Shown: positions 29,282 to 39,051 of the stretch, piece by piece
How the letters are laid out: the number at the start of each line of letters is the position of its first letter
Numbering within the stretch: position 1 is the stretch's first letter
IMG/VR virus record: IMGVR_UViG_3300043786_000977
Span: 62,001-126,000 of that record
Strand: one strand, 5' to 3'
Length of the DNA: 64,000 bases
Position numbers and translations under genes: made by a program
Notes under the pieces: generated by a model
The model's database searches: none
What the model was told of the DNA's origin: nothing
The model's input: the letters and a program-made list of their open reading frames with translations, nothing else

Positions 29282-30703
29282 ATGGGATTCAATGATCAAG
29301 CAAAAGTATTAACAGGTGCTCGTGGAGCACGGAAGTTCATCTTCAAAGATGGCGTCCGCTACAAGCACATGACGGGGCAGCAGCCGATCGTATTTCGACT
29401 GATGCCTTCGTTCAACCCGCAAGACGCGAACCCGGCAACATCATATCTGCCGTGTCTCGATCCTGCGGGTAACTTGACGGAGTGGGGCGCGCTTCTCAAG
29501 ATCGTCCGTTTCGTCGGCCACGGTAAGGGTGGATCCGGTTCACGCCAGGATCTGCTGTCGCTCAAGACATTCGAGACAGACGGCCATCCGCGGTGGTGTC
29601 CGTTGGATGCGTTGTATTCGACGATCGTTGCTGATCCGAATACCTGGGGTTATCTGATCGATGACGGTGACCGCAAGGATAAGAACCGTCCACGTGCATC
29701 ATATAACCGGGCGGCAAATCACCTGATTTGCAACGTTCTGGATATCAACGGTACTCAGTTGGGTGTACAGTTGGGCGTGTTCACGCAAGGCGCATCGAAT
29801 AAGTTGATCGACCGTAAGGATGGCCTCGTCTATCAGCCGAACGCAGCGCCGAACGCGGAAGAGGTGGCGAAACAGAACTATATGTGGGCGTACGCGAATG
29901 GCGATATGACCTGCCCGAACTATGCCCCGGTACTCGTTGTCGAGAAGGGGGATGATAAGGGTGAGTTCTCTGCATATAAGATCTCGATCGCACAGGACCA
30001 GTCACGGCGTATTATCCGTCGTCAGGTCGATCAGACACTTATGGCGCAACGGTATAACCTGTCGACGTACAGTATTCCCGAACAGTCGTTCCTGAATGTC
30101 CCGTCAGAGGAAGATCTGGTGCAGTCACTGATCCAGTTGTTGAACGGACGTTCACCGCTCGGATATCACGAACACGCTCTGCTCAAGATCGCGTTCCCGA
30201 ACTTCCAGATTCCTGAACCGCCGTCTGCACCAGGTGCAATGCATTCAGTTCAGTCTGGATTCGCACCAGCGCCTGCCATGGCTCCCGGGATGATCCCAGG
30301 AGCGGTTCCAGGTTACGGCGTGCCTCCTGCAGCCCCCGTGCCGGGACCGCAGTACCCCTCAGCCCCCGTGCCAGGACCGCAGTACCCCTCAGCCCCCGCG
30401 CCGGGACCGCAGTACTCCTCGGCCCCCGTCGTGGGCGGTGGATTCCCTGGACCACAGGCAGTCCCGCAAGCAGCCCCTGTCCCCGGTGGATTCCCGGGAG
30501 CACAGGTAGCTCCGCCTGCGGCTCAGGCGGCGGGGCCTGTCGTGGGTCAACAGGTACAGGGTGTGATGGCTAATGCCCAACAGGCTGAGCCTGCAGCACA
30601 GCCTGCAAGCAATGTCGTGGCTCCAGGTGATCCCCTGGCGCCTGGCTTTGCACAAGGTGACTTCCTGGCACGTATCCGTGCAGGACAGGCACCGGGTAAG
30701 TAA
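29282..30703 (+). CDS. Probable single-stranded DNA-binding protein with Pro/Ala/Gln-rich tail
   Basis: Lies between polymerase and recombinase; FRLMP, CPL, ICNV pattern as in gp32-like SSBs; low-complexity tail. Confidence 0.6.
   Translation: MGFNDQAKVLTGARGARKFIFKDGVRYKHMTGQQPIVFRLMPSFNPQDANPATSYLPCLDPAGNLTEWGALLKIVRFVGHGKGGSGSRQDLLSLKTFETDGHPRWCPLDALYSTIVADPNTWGYLIDDGDRKDKNRPRASYNRAANHLICNVLDINGTQLGVQLGVFTQGASNKLIDRKDGLVYQPNAAPNAEEVAKQNYMWAYANGDMTCPNYAPVLVVEKGDDKGEFSAYKISIAQDQSRRIIRRQVDQTLMAQRYNLSTYSIPEQSFLNVPSEEDLVQSLIQLLNGRSPLGYHEHALLKIAFPNFQIPEPPSAPGAMHSVQSGFAPAPAMAPGMIPGAVPGYGVPPAAPVPGPQYPSAPVPGPQYPSAPAPGPQYSSAPVVGGGFPGPQAVPQAAPVPGGFPGAQVAPPAAQAAGPVVGQQVQGVMANAQQAEPAAQPASNVVAPGDPLAPGFAQGDFLARIRAGQAPGK
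30331..30429 (+). repeat. 30-bp coding tandem repeat x3 (APVPGPQYPS)
   Basis: agcccccgtgccgggaccgcagtacccctc and two variants. Confidence 0.9.
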
Positions 30704-30728
30704 CGACAGCTTGTCGTTATTGACGTGT

Positions 30729-30754
30729 ACCCCTGGGGCTCCGGCCCCAGGGGT
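30729..30754 (+). terminator. GC-rich stem-loop
   Basis: ACCCCTGGGGC-TCCG-GCCCCAGGGGT. Confidence 0.6.
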
Positions 30755-30783
30755 CTTATACTAATAGTCGTGAGGAGATAATT

Positions 30784-32088
30784 ATGGCACCCCGTGGTAA
30801 GAAAGAATTAGCGCCGTCGGCGCCGCTGAGCAAGCAGGCACAGTTATTGCAACGCCTGCAAGAGAATAACATGTCCGTATCTACTGCCTCTCGTGTCATG
30901 AATAACTGGCGGTACATCGATTTCATGAATCCAAGTGCACAACTGCCGACAATCTCATTGGAGTGGCTGTTCGGTGCTCGTGGCCTGTTGGCCGGCCGTA
31001 TTATGCAATTGCGTGCCAAGTTTAGTAAGGGTAAATCGTCATTCATGTATCTGCAGTACGGTGCTGCACAACTGATGTCGAAGGCCTTCTGTCTGCACAT
31101 TGAGACTGAAGGTGCAGGTGCCCCTGCAGATTACATCGCCTCTATGGGTTGTAATCCGAATGATCTGATGGTTGCAGAGATACCATCTTTGGAAGATTGC
31201 CTGTCAAAGGTCGACGAAGTCGTATGCCAAATCCGCGGCGGGTTTGGCGGTGGTGTCAGCGCTGAAGGCCGGGCAACCAAGACCAAGTTTACGGATCCTA
31301 TCGATCCGAATAACGAATCGCCGATCGTCATCGGGATTGACTCGTTAAGTTCGTTGGGTATGGAATCAGGCGTAGACGTAGATATCGCTGATATCAGTTC
31401 GTCGGCACAACTGTCATACCATACACGGAAACTGCGAGAGTACTTCCGTAATCGTGTCGGCCGATTCCGGGACACACAGACCTTGCTCATGTTGACATCG
31501 CACGAGACGGCGAAGATTGAGATGGGCGGTAAGAAGGGCTTCGGTGCATCAGCGGGCGGCGACAAATCATCGTTGGCGCAGGAGGCCGTCGGTATTCATG
31601 CCACTTATGGTGTGGACCTGAACTCGACACCCTACTGGGATAAGAGCATCGGAAAGCAAATCGGTGACATCGTTAAGATGCGTACCTTCAAGAATAAACT
31701 GTCTCCCCGCTTCCGTGACTTGGATCTGTACCTGGTGTGGAATGCCGGTTTCGATCTGATCCGCACGGACGTTGAGTTCTTGATGAACCATAGTGCGTCG
31801 CCATTTGCCCCGCAGGAAGGCAAGGACAAGCAACTGTATGCTCACGCCCACGGTATCACATGTAAACCGTTGAGCGATAAGCCGTTCAAGACACAGGAGG
31901 ATTTCTTGAGGGCCTTGTACGGGAACACGGATTACGTCATGAGCCTGCGTGAACAATTGCGTATTCGTGGTTGTGGCTTTGCGTTCGAAACCAGGTATCA
32001 GGAGCAACTCGAGGCGCAAGAGGCACAAGAGGTAAAGGGCCAAGCAGTGGTGGACGAACTGGCAGATGCCGGTGAAGGACCGGCATAG
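30784..32088 (+). CDS. RecA/UvsX-like recombinase
   Basis: GLLAGRI..L.AKFSKGKSS, IETE, IGIDSL, KNKLSP. Confidence 0.85.
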   Translation: MAPRGKKELAPSAPLSKQAQLLQRLQENNMSVSTASRVMNNWRYIDFMNPSAQLPTISLEWLFGARGLLAGRIMQLRAKFSKGKSSFMYLQYGAAQLMSKAFCLHIETEGAGAPADYIASMGCNPNDLMVAEIPSLEDCLSKVDEVVCQIRGGFGGGVSAEGRATKTKFTDPIDPNNESPIVIGIDSLSSLGMESGVDVDIADISSSAQLSYHTRKLREYFRNRVGRFRDTQTLLMLTSHETAKIEMGGKKGFGASAGGDKSSLAQEAVGIHATYGVDLNSTPYWDKSIGKQIGDIVKMRTFKNKLSPRFRDLDLYLVWNAGFDLIRTDVEFLMNHSASPFAPQEGKDKQLYAHAHGITCKPLSDKPFKTQEDFLRALYGNTDYVMSLREQLRIRGCGFAFETRYQEQLEAQEAQEVKGQAVVDELADAGEGPA

Positions 32089-32089
32089 C

Positions 32090-32650
32090 ATGGGTTGGCA
32101 AGAAGCTAAGAAGCGATATGACCTGGGCGAAACAGCGGCTAGTCAGAAAGTTGAGGATCTTGTTGCACGACGCGTCATACGTGGTATGGGTGGTGTCGAA
32201 CGCCAACTGCCACAGTTTGAACGTAGTTACGGATTCTACAGCCCTGATTCGGCCCTGTGGCCCCGGACATTCGCGGTCCTGCAAGCTGCGCATCCCTGTT
32301 CGTGGTTGTTCGGAACTGCGGGCGGGAGCGTGGCCTTGTGGGAACCACAAGTGATTGAAGTAGACGCCCATCATAAGGCGATCATGGAGTATGCTGAGAG
32401 TTTTACAGCGCTGACAAAGCCACCGTATCCAGTGTTCTTCACACGAGTGAAGGACACACAGATATCACTAGTGTACTACCTTGTTAGACATGACTTAGCA
32501 GACGCACATAGTGCGCATGTGACGGCCCCGTGGCTAGTACCGCCGGTACAGTTCCTAGCATCCATCGAACCGTGGTGGCTGGCTGTGCAGGAGACCGAAC
32601 ACTTCATCAAACAGTTCGGTACATACAAACTACTGAGAGAACAAGAATGA
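32090..32650 (+). CDS. Hypothetical protein
   Basis: Operon-packed ORF. Confidence 0.55.
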   Translation: MGWQEAKKRYDLGETAASQKVEDLVARRVIRGMGGVERQLPQFERSYGFYSPDSALWPRTFAVLQAAHPCSWLFGTAGGSVALWEPQVIEVDAHHKAIMEYAESFTALTKPPYPVFFTRVKDTQISLVYYLVRHDLADAHSAHVTAPWLVPPVQFLASIEPWWLAVQETEHFIKQFGTYKLLREQE

Positions 32651-33012
32651 GTCTACCCTGTTTAACGCTGTGGTATCTCGGAAAACCTTATGCGTACGAA
32701 GCAAAGCACCTTACCGACAACGTTTGGCGGCCGACCTGGAATCCCGTACTGCGGTTACCCGTGTGTGAAATGCTGTCAAAGACTGCGCCGGAATTAGCCG
32801 CGGAACTCGTACAGATGAGTCACGACGAAACGTGGATTCAACGTTATAAACGTCCGATGCGTTTGGGTGACCGGTTTGCCGTTGATGGTGTAAACTGGAT
32901 TTTCACTCCTACACGTGACACTACTGTATTGGCTGCAGCCGGGCTGTCAACACTTAAACTCGGCCATAAGTTTACCGATACGACGATTACACAATTACCA
33001 GGACCCACTTAA
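32647..33012 (+). CDS. Hypothetical protein
   Basis: ATGA-coupled ORF. Confidence 0.55.
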   Translation: MSLPCLTLWYLGKPYAYEAKHLTDNVWRPTWNPVLRLPVCEMLSKTAPELAAELVQMSHDETWIQRYKRPMRLGDRFAVDGVNWIFTPTRDTTVLAAAGLSTLKLGHKFTDTTITQLPGPT

Positions 33013-33013
33013 C

Positions 33014-33838
33014 ATGTCACTGCCACTAATAACTACCGAACAATTTGCAACCGTCTACATGACCACAAGGCTGAATGATGCGCGGCTCACCGACATGCCG
33101 CCACTGCACGTGACGGAAATACCCAGTGAGATGCGTCGCCTTTACAAGGACGAAGGAACTGCGATGACTGCCCGTTGGTGGGACGTATATCGCGATGTGG
33201 TTCAACTATCGTTTCACTACAGGGGTGAGTATCATCATTTCCTGCTTTGTGAAGAACATACAAGCACGTCAGAATCACTGCTGAAATCACACGTCCACAT
33301 CTACGACGACGAGGAAGCGTTAATCAAGGGAGCATTCGAATTCCTACGCGAATTCTTTGGTCCTGCGACTGCTAGCGGTGCACCGCTCTACACGCGTCTG
33401 CTGATAGGTTGGCGTATGCACATCGAAGTTTGGCCGGTGCTCGTTAATCGTGCGATCAAGTATCGGATTCCGTTATACAGAGAGATGTTGACCGACCCCG
33501 ATAGTAAGTGGCCTACGATTAGACATCTTGGTGATGTAGCTTCCTTATATCTACAGGGCGGCGGCGGATTACGTAGATTACCGGGACTACCTGACCTACT
33601 GAGGTTCTGGGGATTTTGGGGCGAGGATGAACACATTCCTTTACCCGAAGACCTCGAAACTGCGGTATGTACGGATCCCTACGGTGTGGTTAAACACGTC
33701 GAAAAGTACCTGACAGCCATGCACGATGTCATGTGCGTTTACTATCAACAGAACACAGATACACAAGTTGATACACCATTCAACGCAGGAATGGCGGTTC
33801 CAGCGATATTACCGTATGGTCCGCCACCGATAGGATAG
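33014..33838 (+). CDS. Probably inactive DnaQ/PolB-type exonuclease-fold protein
   Basis: DEEALIKGAFEF...LIGW....WPVLVNRAIKY...HLGD resembles the Exo II region but lacks the acidic residues. Confidence 0.45.
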   Translation: MSLPLITTEQFATVYMTTRLNDARLTDMPPLHVTEIPSEMRRLYKDEGTAMTARWWDVYRDVVQLSFHYRGEYHHFLLCEEHTSTSESLLKSHVHIYDDEEALIKGAFEFLREFFGPATASGAPLYTRLLIGWRMHIEVWPVLVNRAIKYRIPLYREMLTDPDSKWPTIRHLGDVASLYLQGGGGLRRLPGLPDLLRFWGFWGEDEHIPLPEDLETAVCTDPYGVVKHVEKYLTAMHDVMCVYYQQNTDTQVDTPFNAGMAVPAILPYGPPPIG

Positions 33839-33847
33839 GAATTAGTT

Positions 33848-34042
33848 ATGGCCGAACATGATGATCCAGCAAATAACTCAGTACCGCAACGTAGTCCGGA
33901 AGAACTACGCATGGCCTTGCAGGAATGCACCAAGCGCCAGATCGCCCTCAAGGACCTCAAGAAGGCGACAGCAAAGGATTACGCGGATCAGATCAAAGAA
34001 ATCGATCACGAGATCGCAGACATACTGGCACAACTGGGTTGA
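33848..34042 (+). CDS. Small coiled-coil protein
   Basis: AGGA RBS; heptad pattern. Confidence 0.65.
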   Translation: MAEHDDPANNSVPQRSPEELRMALQECTKRQIALKDLKKATAKDYADQIKEIDHEIADILAQLG

Positions 34043-34049
34043 TGGAGAA

Positions 34050-34075
34050 GGGGAGCGGGAGCGATCCTGCTCCCC
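34050..34075 (+). terminator. Stem-loop with GNRA loop
   Basis: GGGGAGCGGGA-GCGA-TCCTGCTCCCC. Confidence 0.6.
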
Positions 34076-34084
34076 AAACTTACT

Positions 34085-34420
34085 ATGCAAATCTGGTATA
34101 GATGTTCAAGTCGACAAATTACACCCGTAGCCGTAGCCCGCTTTACGCTTTATAATGTCTGGTTGGCTGATATGCCGGCACGCGCAAGCATGCACTCCCG
34201 TAGTTCAAGCTACGAGAGTTACTGTCCAACCTTCGAGGAGGCGCAGCAGGTTATACTCACTGAATTAGACGCGACGATTGCGTATAACCACCGTAAGATC
34301 AGGTGTCTGCAAGAGGACTGTGCACGCGCAGAACAGCGCCGTGAACAAATAAGAGCCATGACAGCACCTGTTTATAATCCTCCGATACCACTACCACAAG
34401 ATTTAAGCAAGTTGGTTTAA
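34085..34420 (+). CDS. Hypothetical protein
   Basis: ORF fills gap. Confidence 0.5.
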   Translation: MQIWYRCSSRQITPVAVARFTLYNVWLADMPARASMHSRSSSYESYCPTFEEAQQVILTELDATIAYNHRKIRCLQEDCARAEQRREQIRAMTAPVYNPPIPLPQDLSKLV

Positions 34421-34421
34421 T

Positions 34422-34865
34422 ATGGCAGACTTCGACACGTTGAATGATTCAGGGGAACGACGTACATTTGCTAGTGGTGCACAGCGGGATCGCGGTAAAG
34501 ACAAAACCAGACCCGACCTAGTATCACCGTTTTTTCTCCAACGCCTGGGCTGGCACATGATGTTGGGCGCACGTAAATATTCCGCGAATAATTGGGCTAA
34601 GGGCATGCCCAATAGTGAGTTCTGGGCCTCACTTAATCGACACGTTGCGCAGGCTGCTGTAGGTGATACATCCGAAGATCACCTATCTGCTATTGCCTTC
34701 AACGTCATGGGTATTATCCACAATCAAGAGATGAAAAAACTGGGTTTGCTGAAACCTGAGTTTGACGACTGGCCCGTAAACTGGGGCGAGTTAACGGGTA
34801 TGGGTCCACGTGTGGCGCCTGAACCCCCAATCACACGCGCTGTCGATCCTAAACCCGGAGTTTGA
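34422..34865 (+). CDS. dATP/dGTP diphosphohydrolase-like protein (DUF5664)
   Basis: FASGAQRD..K.RPDL, GARKYSANNWAKG, SLNRH, EDHL..IAFN. Confidence 0.85.
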   Translation: MADFDTLNDSGERRTFASGAQRDRGKDKTRPDLVSPFFLQRLGWHMMLGARKYSANNWAKGMPNSEFWASLNRHVAQAAVGDTSEDHLSAIAFNVMGIIHNQEMKKLGLLKPEFDDWPVNWGELTGMGPRVAPEPPITRAVDPKPGV

Positions 34866-34866
34866 G

Positions 34867-35556
34867 ATGCAAACGGATACAGCGACACAACATCTCGACA
34901 GCATTCGGCCGGTAGAGGTCGAGCGGTATTCCAGGTACCTGGTTAACATCGCGCCAAAAACGCACAAGGATCTCTTCCAGCGTTGGCTCTTTGCCTATGC
35001 CAGTGTCCACACGACCTGGACATTGAACTGTAAATTGTACCGGTTATTGGCGCCTATGACCTGGTTGGGTGACACGAATCAATTGAAGGACTTGATCATC
35101 AAATCGGGTGCAGGATTACACAACAACCGCACCCGGTATATCATGCAGTTCTCCGATTGGTTCTGGGCACATCCCGATTGGTTTTGGCGTTCGACGCATG
35201 AGAACTGGACCCAGTATCGTGACCGTATAATGGATGCGGCTCTGGGTATCGGACGGGCTAAGTCCAGTTTCGTTGTCGAGATGACCTACCCAGTACCTGC
35301 GGAGGTTATCTGTACAGACACGCATATCATGCAACTGTACGGTATGACACCCAAGGATATAGCAAGCGGGAAGATAAACGATAAGACAGAAGCAGCAATG
35401 GAAACCCACTGGGTCGCTGCTTGTCGGGAACGTAAACTACCGCCCGTGATTAGCCGTTGGGTTTATTGGGACCGTAAGCAAGGCTACAGTGACAGTCGTT
35501 ACTGGTCATTCGTATTCGAGCAGGAAAACTATCACGAAACGCTTAACATCAAATAA
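34867..35556 (+). CDS. HhH-GPD DNA glycosylase-fold protein
   Basis: GLHNNR, LGIGRAKSSF, VICTDTH. Confidence 0.75.
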   Translation: MQTDTATQHLDSIRPVEVERYSRYLVNIAPKTHKDLFQRWLFAYASVHTTWTLNCKLYRLLAPMTWLGDTNQLKDLIIKSGAGLHNNRTRYIMQFSDWFWAHPDWFWRSTHENWTQYRDRIMDAALGIGRAKSSFVVEMTYPVPAEVICTDTHIMQLYGMTPKDIASGKINDKTEAAMETHWVAACRERKLPPVISRWVYWDRKQGYSDSRYWSFVFEQENYHETLNIK

Positions 35557-35564
35557 GGCTGATA

Positions 35565-35996
35565 ATGGCAACTGATTGGAGTAAACTACCCGTATTACGG
35601 AATGACAAACTGTTGTTCCAGGACACGTCCATGGCTCCTCTGCCCGGTGGCATTGTTCCATGTCTGTTATGCTGTAAGCCTTTCCTCATGGGTTTCTTCA
35701 TCGGAACTCCCGATCAACTGTGTCCTGAATGCGAGAAGCTATACAAGGACACCGCGAAGGTGATCTGCGTACGATGCCGACCGCCTGTGACAATCTGTCG
35801 CCTGATACCCAAGATACTGGACAACGGATTCTATATCCGTCCCAAGTCCGTGTTGCATTCGGATTGTTGCAATGTATGCAAACCTGGACTTACGGCATCG
35901 TCAATATTGGAGATTGAAGAATGGGAACGGAAACGTCGACCGGGCAAGCTGATACTACCAGTTGGGAAATCTGCCTCAACGAAACAGAGCACATAA
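35565..35996 (+). CDS. Cys-rich Zn-binding protein
   Basis: Four CxxC pairs. Confidence 0.65.
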   Translation: MATDWSKLPVLRNDKLLFQDTSMAPLPGGIVPCLLCCKPFLMGFFIGTPDQLCPECEKLYKDTAKVICVRCRPPVTICRLIPKILDNGFYIRPKSVLHSDCCNVCKPGLTASSILEIEEWERKRRPGKLILPVGKSASTKQST

Positions 35997-36835
35997 AACT
36001 GATTGGTAGCATCGAGACTGTACTGGATAAGTTGGGCCTCGAGTTACCCAACAAAGGGAAGACCAACTACGGATCTGAAATCACGGCACTCGCCGGAGCA
36101 CTGAACCGCTTCGGGCATAATGTCGGGCTGTGGACAGCAGAGTATGGTAACGGGCAGGAGATACTGCAGAAACACTTGACGTTTACGCTCATGGTACCCG
36201 GCGGTAGAGCGAGCCGTGTGCGTGACGCAGTAAACCTAATGAGTCAACGCAATGTCCTGCCGGTACTTCCCGGGCAGCCCGTACAGTCGTTGTTGTTAAG
36301 ACAGATCATTGCGCCGTTGGTACGTTTTCCCAATCAAAAGGCGGAACGTGTTGTTACTGCGCTTCGAGGTTGGGACTCTTACATAGTTCCGGTCGTGTGT
36401 AAGCATATAGCTTTACCGGCTAACCAACTACGTAAGATCGTGATGGAAAGTGTGGTCGGCTTTGGCGAAAAAGCTGCATCACATTTCATGCGCAATACAG
36501 GATTGATGAGAGGATGGTCGGCACTCCCCATCATTGACACGCATATTCATAAAGCGTTGGAGGTCTATCAACTTCCACATAAAGGGTACCCGGACGCCGA
36601 GTGCTCTTTCACAGCGTTGGCGACAAAGACGGGTATTCCCCCGTTGCTGCTCGATGCCGTGTTGTGGTGTGCTTATGCCAAGAACTGGGACGTTACACAC
36701 TCTGACTTCGATAACTTCGGATACACAACAGTAATCAATAAACAAGAACAAGGACACAGTAATGAAAGAAATCATGGATCTCGTAGCACAAATTCACAGG
36801 ACACTCGCAGCCAAGGGGCTGGTAGCCACACCTGA
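35921..36835 (+). CDS. N-glycosylase/DNA lyase (Ogg2-like HhH) protein
   Basis: RFPNQKA, GFGEKAASHFMRNTG, IIDTHI, LDAVLW. Confidence 0.85.
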   Translation: MGTETSTGQADTTSWEICLNETEHIKLIGSIETVLDKLGLELPNKGKTNYGSEITALAGALNRFGHNVGLWTAEYGNGQEILQKHLTFTLMVPGGRASRVRDAVNLMSQRNVLPVLPGQPVQSLLLRQIIAPLVRFPNQKAERVVTALRGWDSYIVPVVCKHIALPANQLRKIVMESVVGFGEKAASHFMRNTGLMRGWSALPIIDTHIHKALEVYQLPHKGYPDAECSFTALATKTGIPPLLLDAVLWCAYAKNWDVTHSDFDNFGYTTVINKQEQGHSNERNHGSRSTNSQDTRSQGAGSHT

Positions 36836-38099
36836 TACACAGGAACCGGCTGCCGTTCCCTTGACCAACCAGACACTCGACACGCCACCGTACGGGATAG
36901 CAGAGTACGTGTCGTGCATTACACCTGCAGAGCAGCTGTCCAACGTAACAGTTGTAGCAGCGCTTCCGCCTAAGGTTGAAGTTTTAGGGATTGCGGCGGG
37001 CAACATAGCCGGGATTAACCTGGCCAAGATCGAGGAACTGGCGTCGACAGCTACTCCCGATCCGGAATCACAGCAAGAGCTCGTGTCAAGTGTGACTCAG
37101 GCACACGTGACGGCGTTCGCCACGTGGTTCATAAATCTCCTCTGCGGGTTGAGTAAAAATCAGGCAACCCTGGAACTCACAAAGCGCGGGTATTGCACGG
37201 ATGATGAGGCGATAGCGTTCTTGGCAAACCTTAAGCCGCCTGTCCTCCCGCAGACTGAATTCGAGCATAGGATAACAGCTGAATTCAATCAGATGGTAAC
37301 GTGGGTGAACGCTGATATGGAAGCTGAAGCCATCAGGGCAGGCAACCAAGACAGCTTCGCACACAAAGCGCTTGCACAATGGCGCATTACACGTACCCAG
37401 GGCCGGCAACTGTATAAGGCGCTACGTGCGACCCTGTCTGCTGCCAAACGCTGGCCACAGCCGGTGGGCGGTACGTTTGCCCAGCAGGCGGAGGCCATGG
37501 CTGATGCCAAGATTGAACAGCACCAGGATCCCGCAAAGGGTCAGGCACAGAAGCAACTGAAGATGGACAGCGCAGCCAATCAGCACGGTTCCTGGGTACA
37601 GATCGCACGCCGTACGGGACGTGACCTGGCACAGAACGGGCCTATCAGCGTGGACGATATCACAGAAGCCATGAGCCGCCAGTATAAGGTGGCCCCGGGC
37701 GAAGGTGATAAGGCGCACAACTGGAAGGGCAGCATCTTCACGACATCCGAATGGGTGGCCGTGGGTCAGATCGCCTCCCGACTCCCAGAAGCGCACGGGC
37801 GCCCGGTCACACTATGGGCGTTGAAGACATGGCTGGAAGCGAACACGTTAAACGGACGCGGGGATGCCACGTCTGCGTTTAATATGGTCAAGATCTACAA
37901 CGATTTCAAACGGGCGCATCCCGGTATGGCCCTGGAACGCTGTAATTGGTACATCGGTGAGGAACGGCTGGCAACAGATATCCGGGACTCGATTGTAAGT
38001 GGGAGCAATAAGCTCTACGGTATCCCGGTCGCATTTATGCCGGGCGCTGTCGGCGCGGCACTGCTTCCGCCAGATTATGCAGCGCAACGCAAGGTCTAA
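36762..38099 (+). CDS. Hypothetical protein with winged-helix-like region
   Basis: ISVDDI...WKGSIF...SR.PEAHGRPVTLW. Confidence 0.6.
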   Translation: MKEIMDLVAQIHRTLAAKGLVATPDTQEPAAVPLTNQTLDTPPYGIAEYVSCITPAEQLSNVTVVAALPPKVEVLGIAAGNIAGINLAKIEELASTATPDPESQQELVSSVTQAHVTAFATWFINLLCGLSKNQATLELTKRGYCTDDEAIAFLANLKPPVLPQTEFEHRITAEFNQMVTWVNADMEAEAIRAGNQDSFAHKALAQWRITRTQGRQLYKALRATLSAAKRWPQPVGGTFAQQAEAMADAKIEQHQDPAKGQAQKQLKMDSAANQHGSWVQIARRTGRDLAQNGPISVDDITEAMSRQYKVAPGEGDKAHNWKGSIFTTSEWVAVGQIASRLPEAHGRPVTLWALKTWLEANTLNGRGDATSAFNMVKIYNDFKRAHPGMALERCNWYIGEERLATDIRDSIVSGSNKLYGIPVAFMPGAVGAALLPPDYAAQRKV

Positions 38100-38126
38100 T
38101 ACCAACAATCAACAGGAGAACACACA

Positions 38127-38237
38127 ATGGCGAAGTGCACAAAGTGTGGCAAAGGTGGTCGTGGACGTCCCGCAAAGGACGGTCTCTGCAAGAAGTGCCG
38201 TAAGGCTGCAGAGAAGGCCGCCGGCGCCATGAAGTAA
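38127..38237 (+). CDS. 36-aa Zn-knuckle/AT-hook microprotein, not in ORF track
   Basis: AGGAG RBS; MAKCTKCGKGGRGRPAKDGLCKKCRKAAEKAAGAMK; downstream hairpin. Confidence 0.7.
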   Translation: MAKCTKCGKGGRGRPAKDGLCKKCRKAAEKAAGAMK

Positions 38238-38246
38238 CGCGTCGAA

Positions 38247-38271
38247 GGGTACGGCTTGTGAGGCCGTACCC
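38247..38271 (+). terminator. Stem-loop
   Basis: GGGTACGGCT-TGTGA-GGCCGTACCC. Confidence 0.6.
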
Positions 38272-38297
38272 CTCACTTAACAAATACAAGATGTGAT

Positions 38298-39041
38298 ATG
38301 GCCCTACGAAAAACCACAGCAGAGTTTATTGCAGATGCTATTGCTAAACACGCAAAGAGGTATAACTACTCACGTGTAGTCTATGTGAACAACAGAACAC
38401 CAGTCGAGATATGCGACACAGTTTGCGGTACTTGGTTCTGGCAAACACCACAAAATCACTTAACAGGTTTGGGATGTCCACACTGCGCCCGTTATGAACG
38501 CAAGACAACAGCAGCGTTTATCACAGAGGCTATTGCTGTACATAGTGTTGAACCGGGACGTTATGTCTACTCACGGGTAGTTTATAAGCGGGCCAAGATA
38601 CCAGTCGAGATATTCGACACAGTTTGTGGTAATTGGTTCTGGCAAACACCACAAAATCACTTAAGTGGGCATGGATGTCCGCACTGCAGTCGTAGTGTTT
38701 CTATGGCGGCTAAGATATGGTTAACCAGTATGGGATTACCTGATGATACGCGACACAGAGAAGTAACGGTTGCGGGTCGTTACAAGGTAGATGGTTACGA
38801 TCCTGAACATAAGATCGTATATGAGTTTTTAGGGGCTCTGTGGCATGGGCATCCGTCGGTTCCCCACAGACATCCAAATAAACGCACGCATGCTGAAAAT
38901 TGGTCGGCGACTGAACAACGTCTATTGGCTATTCGTGATGCGTTACCCGACTGGGAAATACGTTACGTCTGGGGCTTCGGTGCGGTGCGTAAAGGTGCCG
39001 TCAGCCCTATACACGTTTTTGACGGTAAACTGAAAGCATAA
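38298..39041 (+). CDS. Free-standing endonuclease with two DUF723-like repeats and a PD-(D/E)xK-like domain
   Basis: Two KTTAxFI...Y.YSRVVY...HL.G.GCPHC repeats; VDGYD...YEF.G..WHG. Confidence 0.8.
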   Translation: MALRKTTAEFIADAIAKHAKRYNYSRVVYVNNRTPVEICDTVCGTWFWQTPQNHLTGLGCPHCARYERKTTAAFITEAIAVHSVEPGRYVYSRVVYKRAKIPVEIFDTVCGNWFWQTPQNHLSGHGCPHCSRSVSMAAKIWLTSMGLPDDTRHREVTVAGRYKVDGYDPEHKIVYEFLGALWHGHPSVPHRHPNKRTHAENWSATEQRLLAIRDALPDWEIRYVWGFGAVRKGAVSPIHVFDGKLKA

Positions 39042-39051
39042 GGAACAAAAC

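Noticed and set aside
34422-34865. Z-genome or 7-deazaguanine pathway
   Set aside because: No purZ, folE/queCDE or dpdA-like gene in the window; the dNTPase alone is not sufficient evidence
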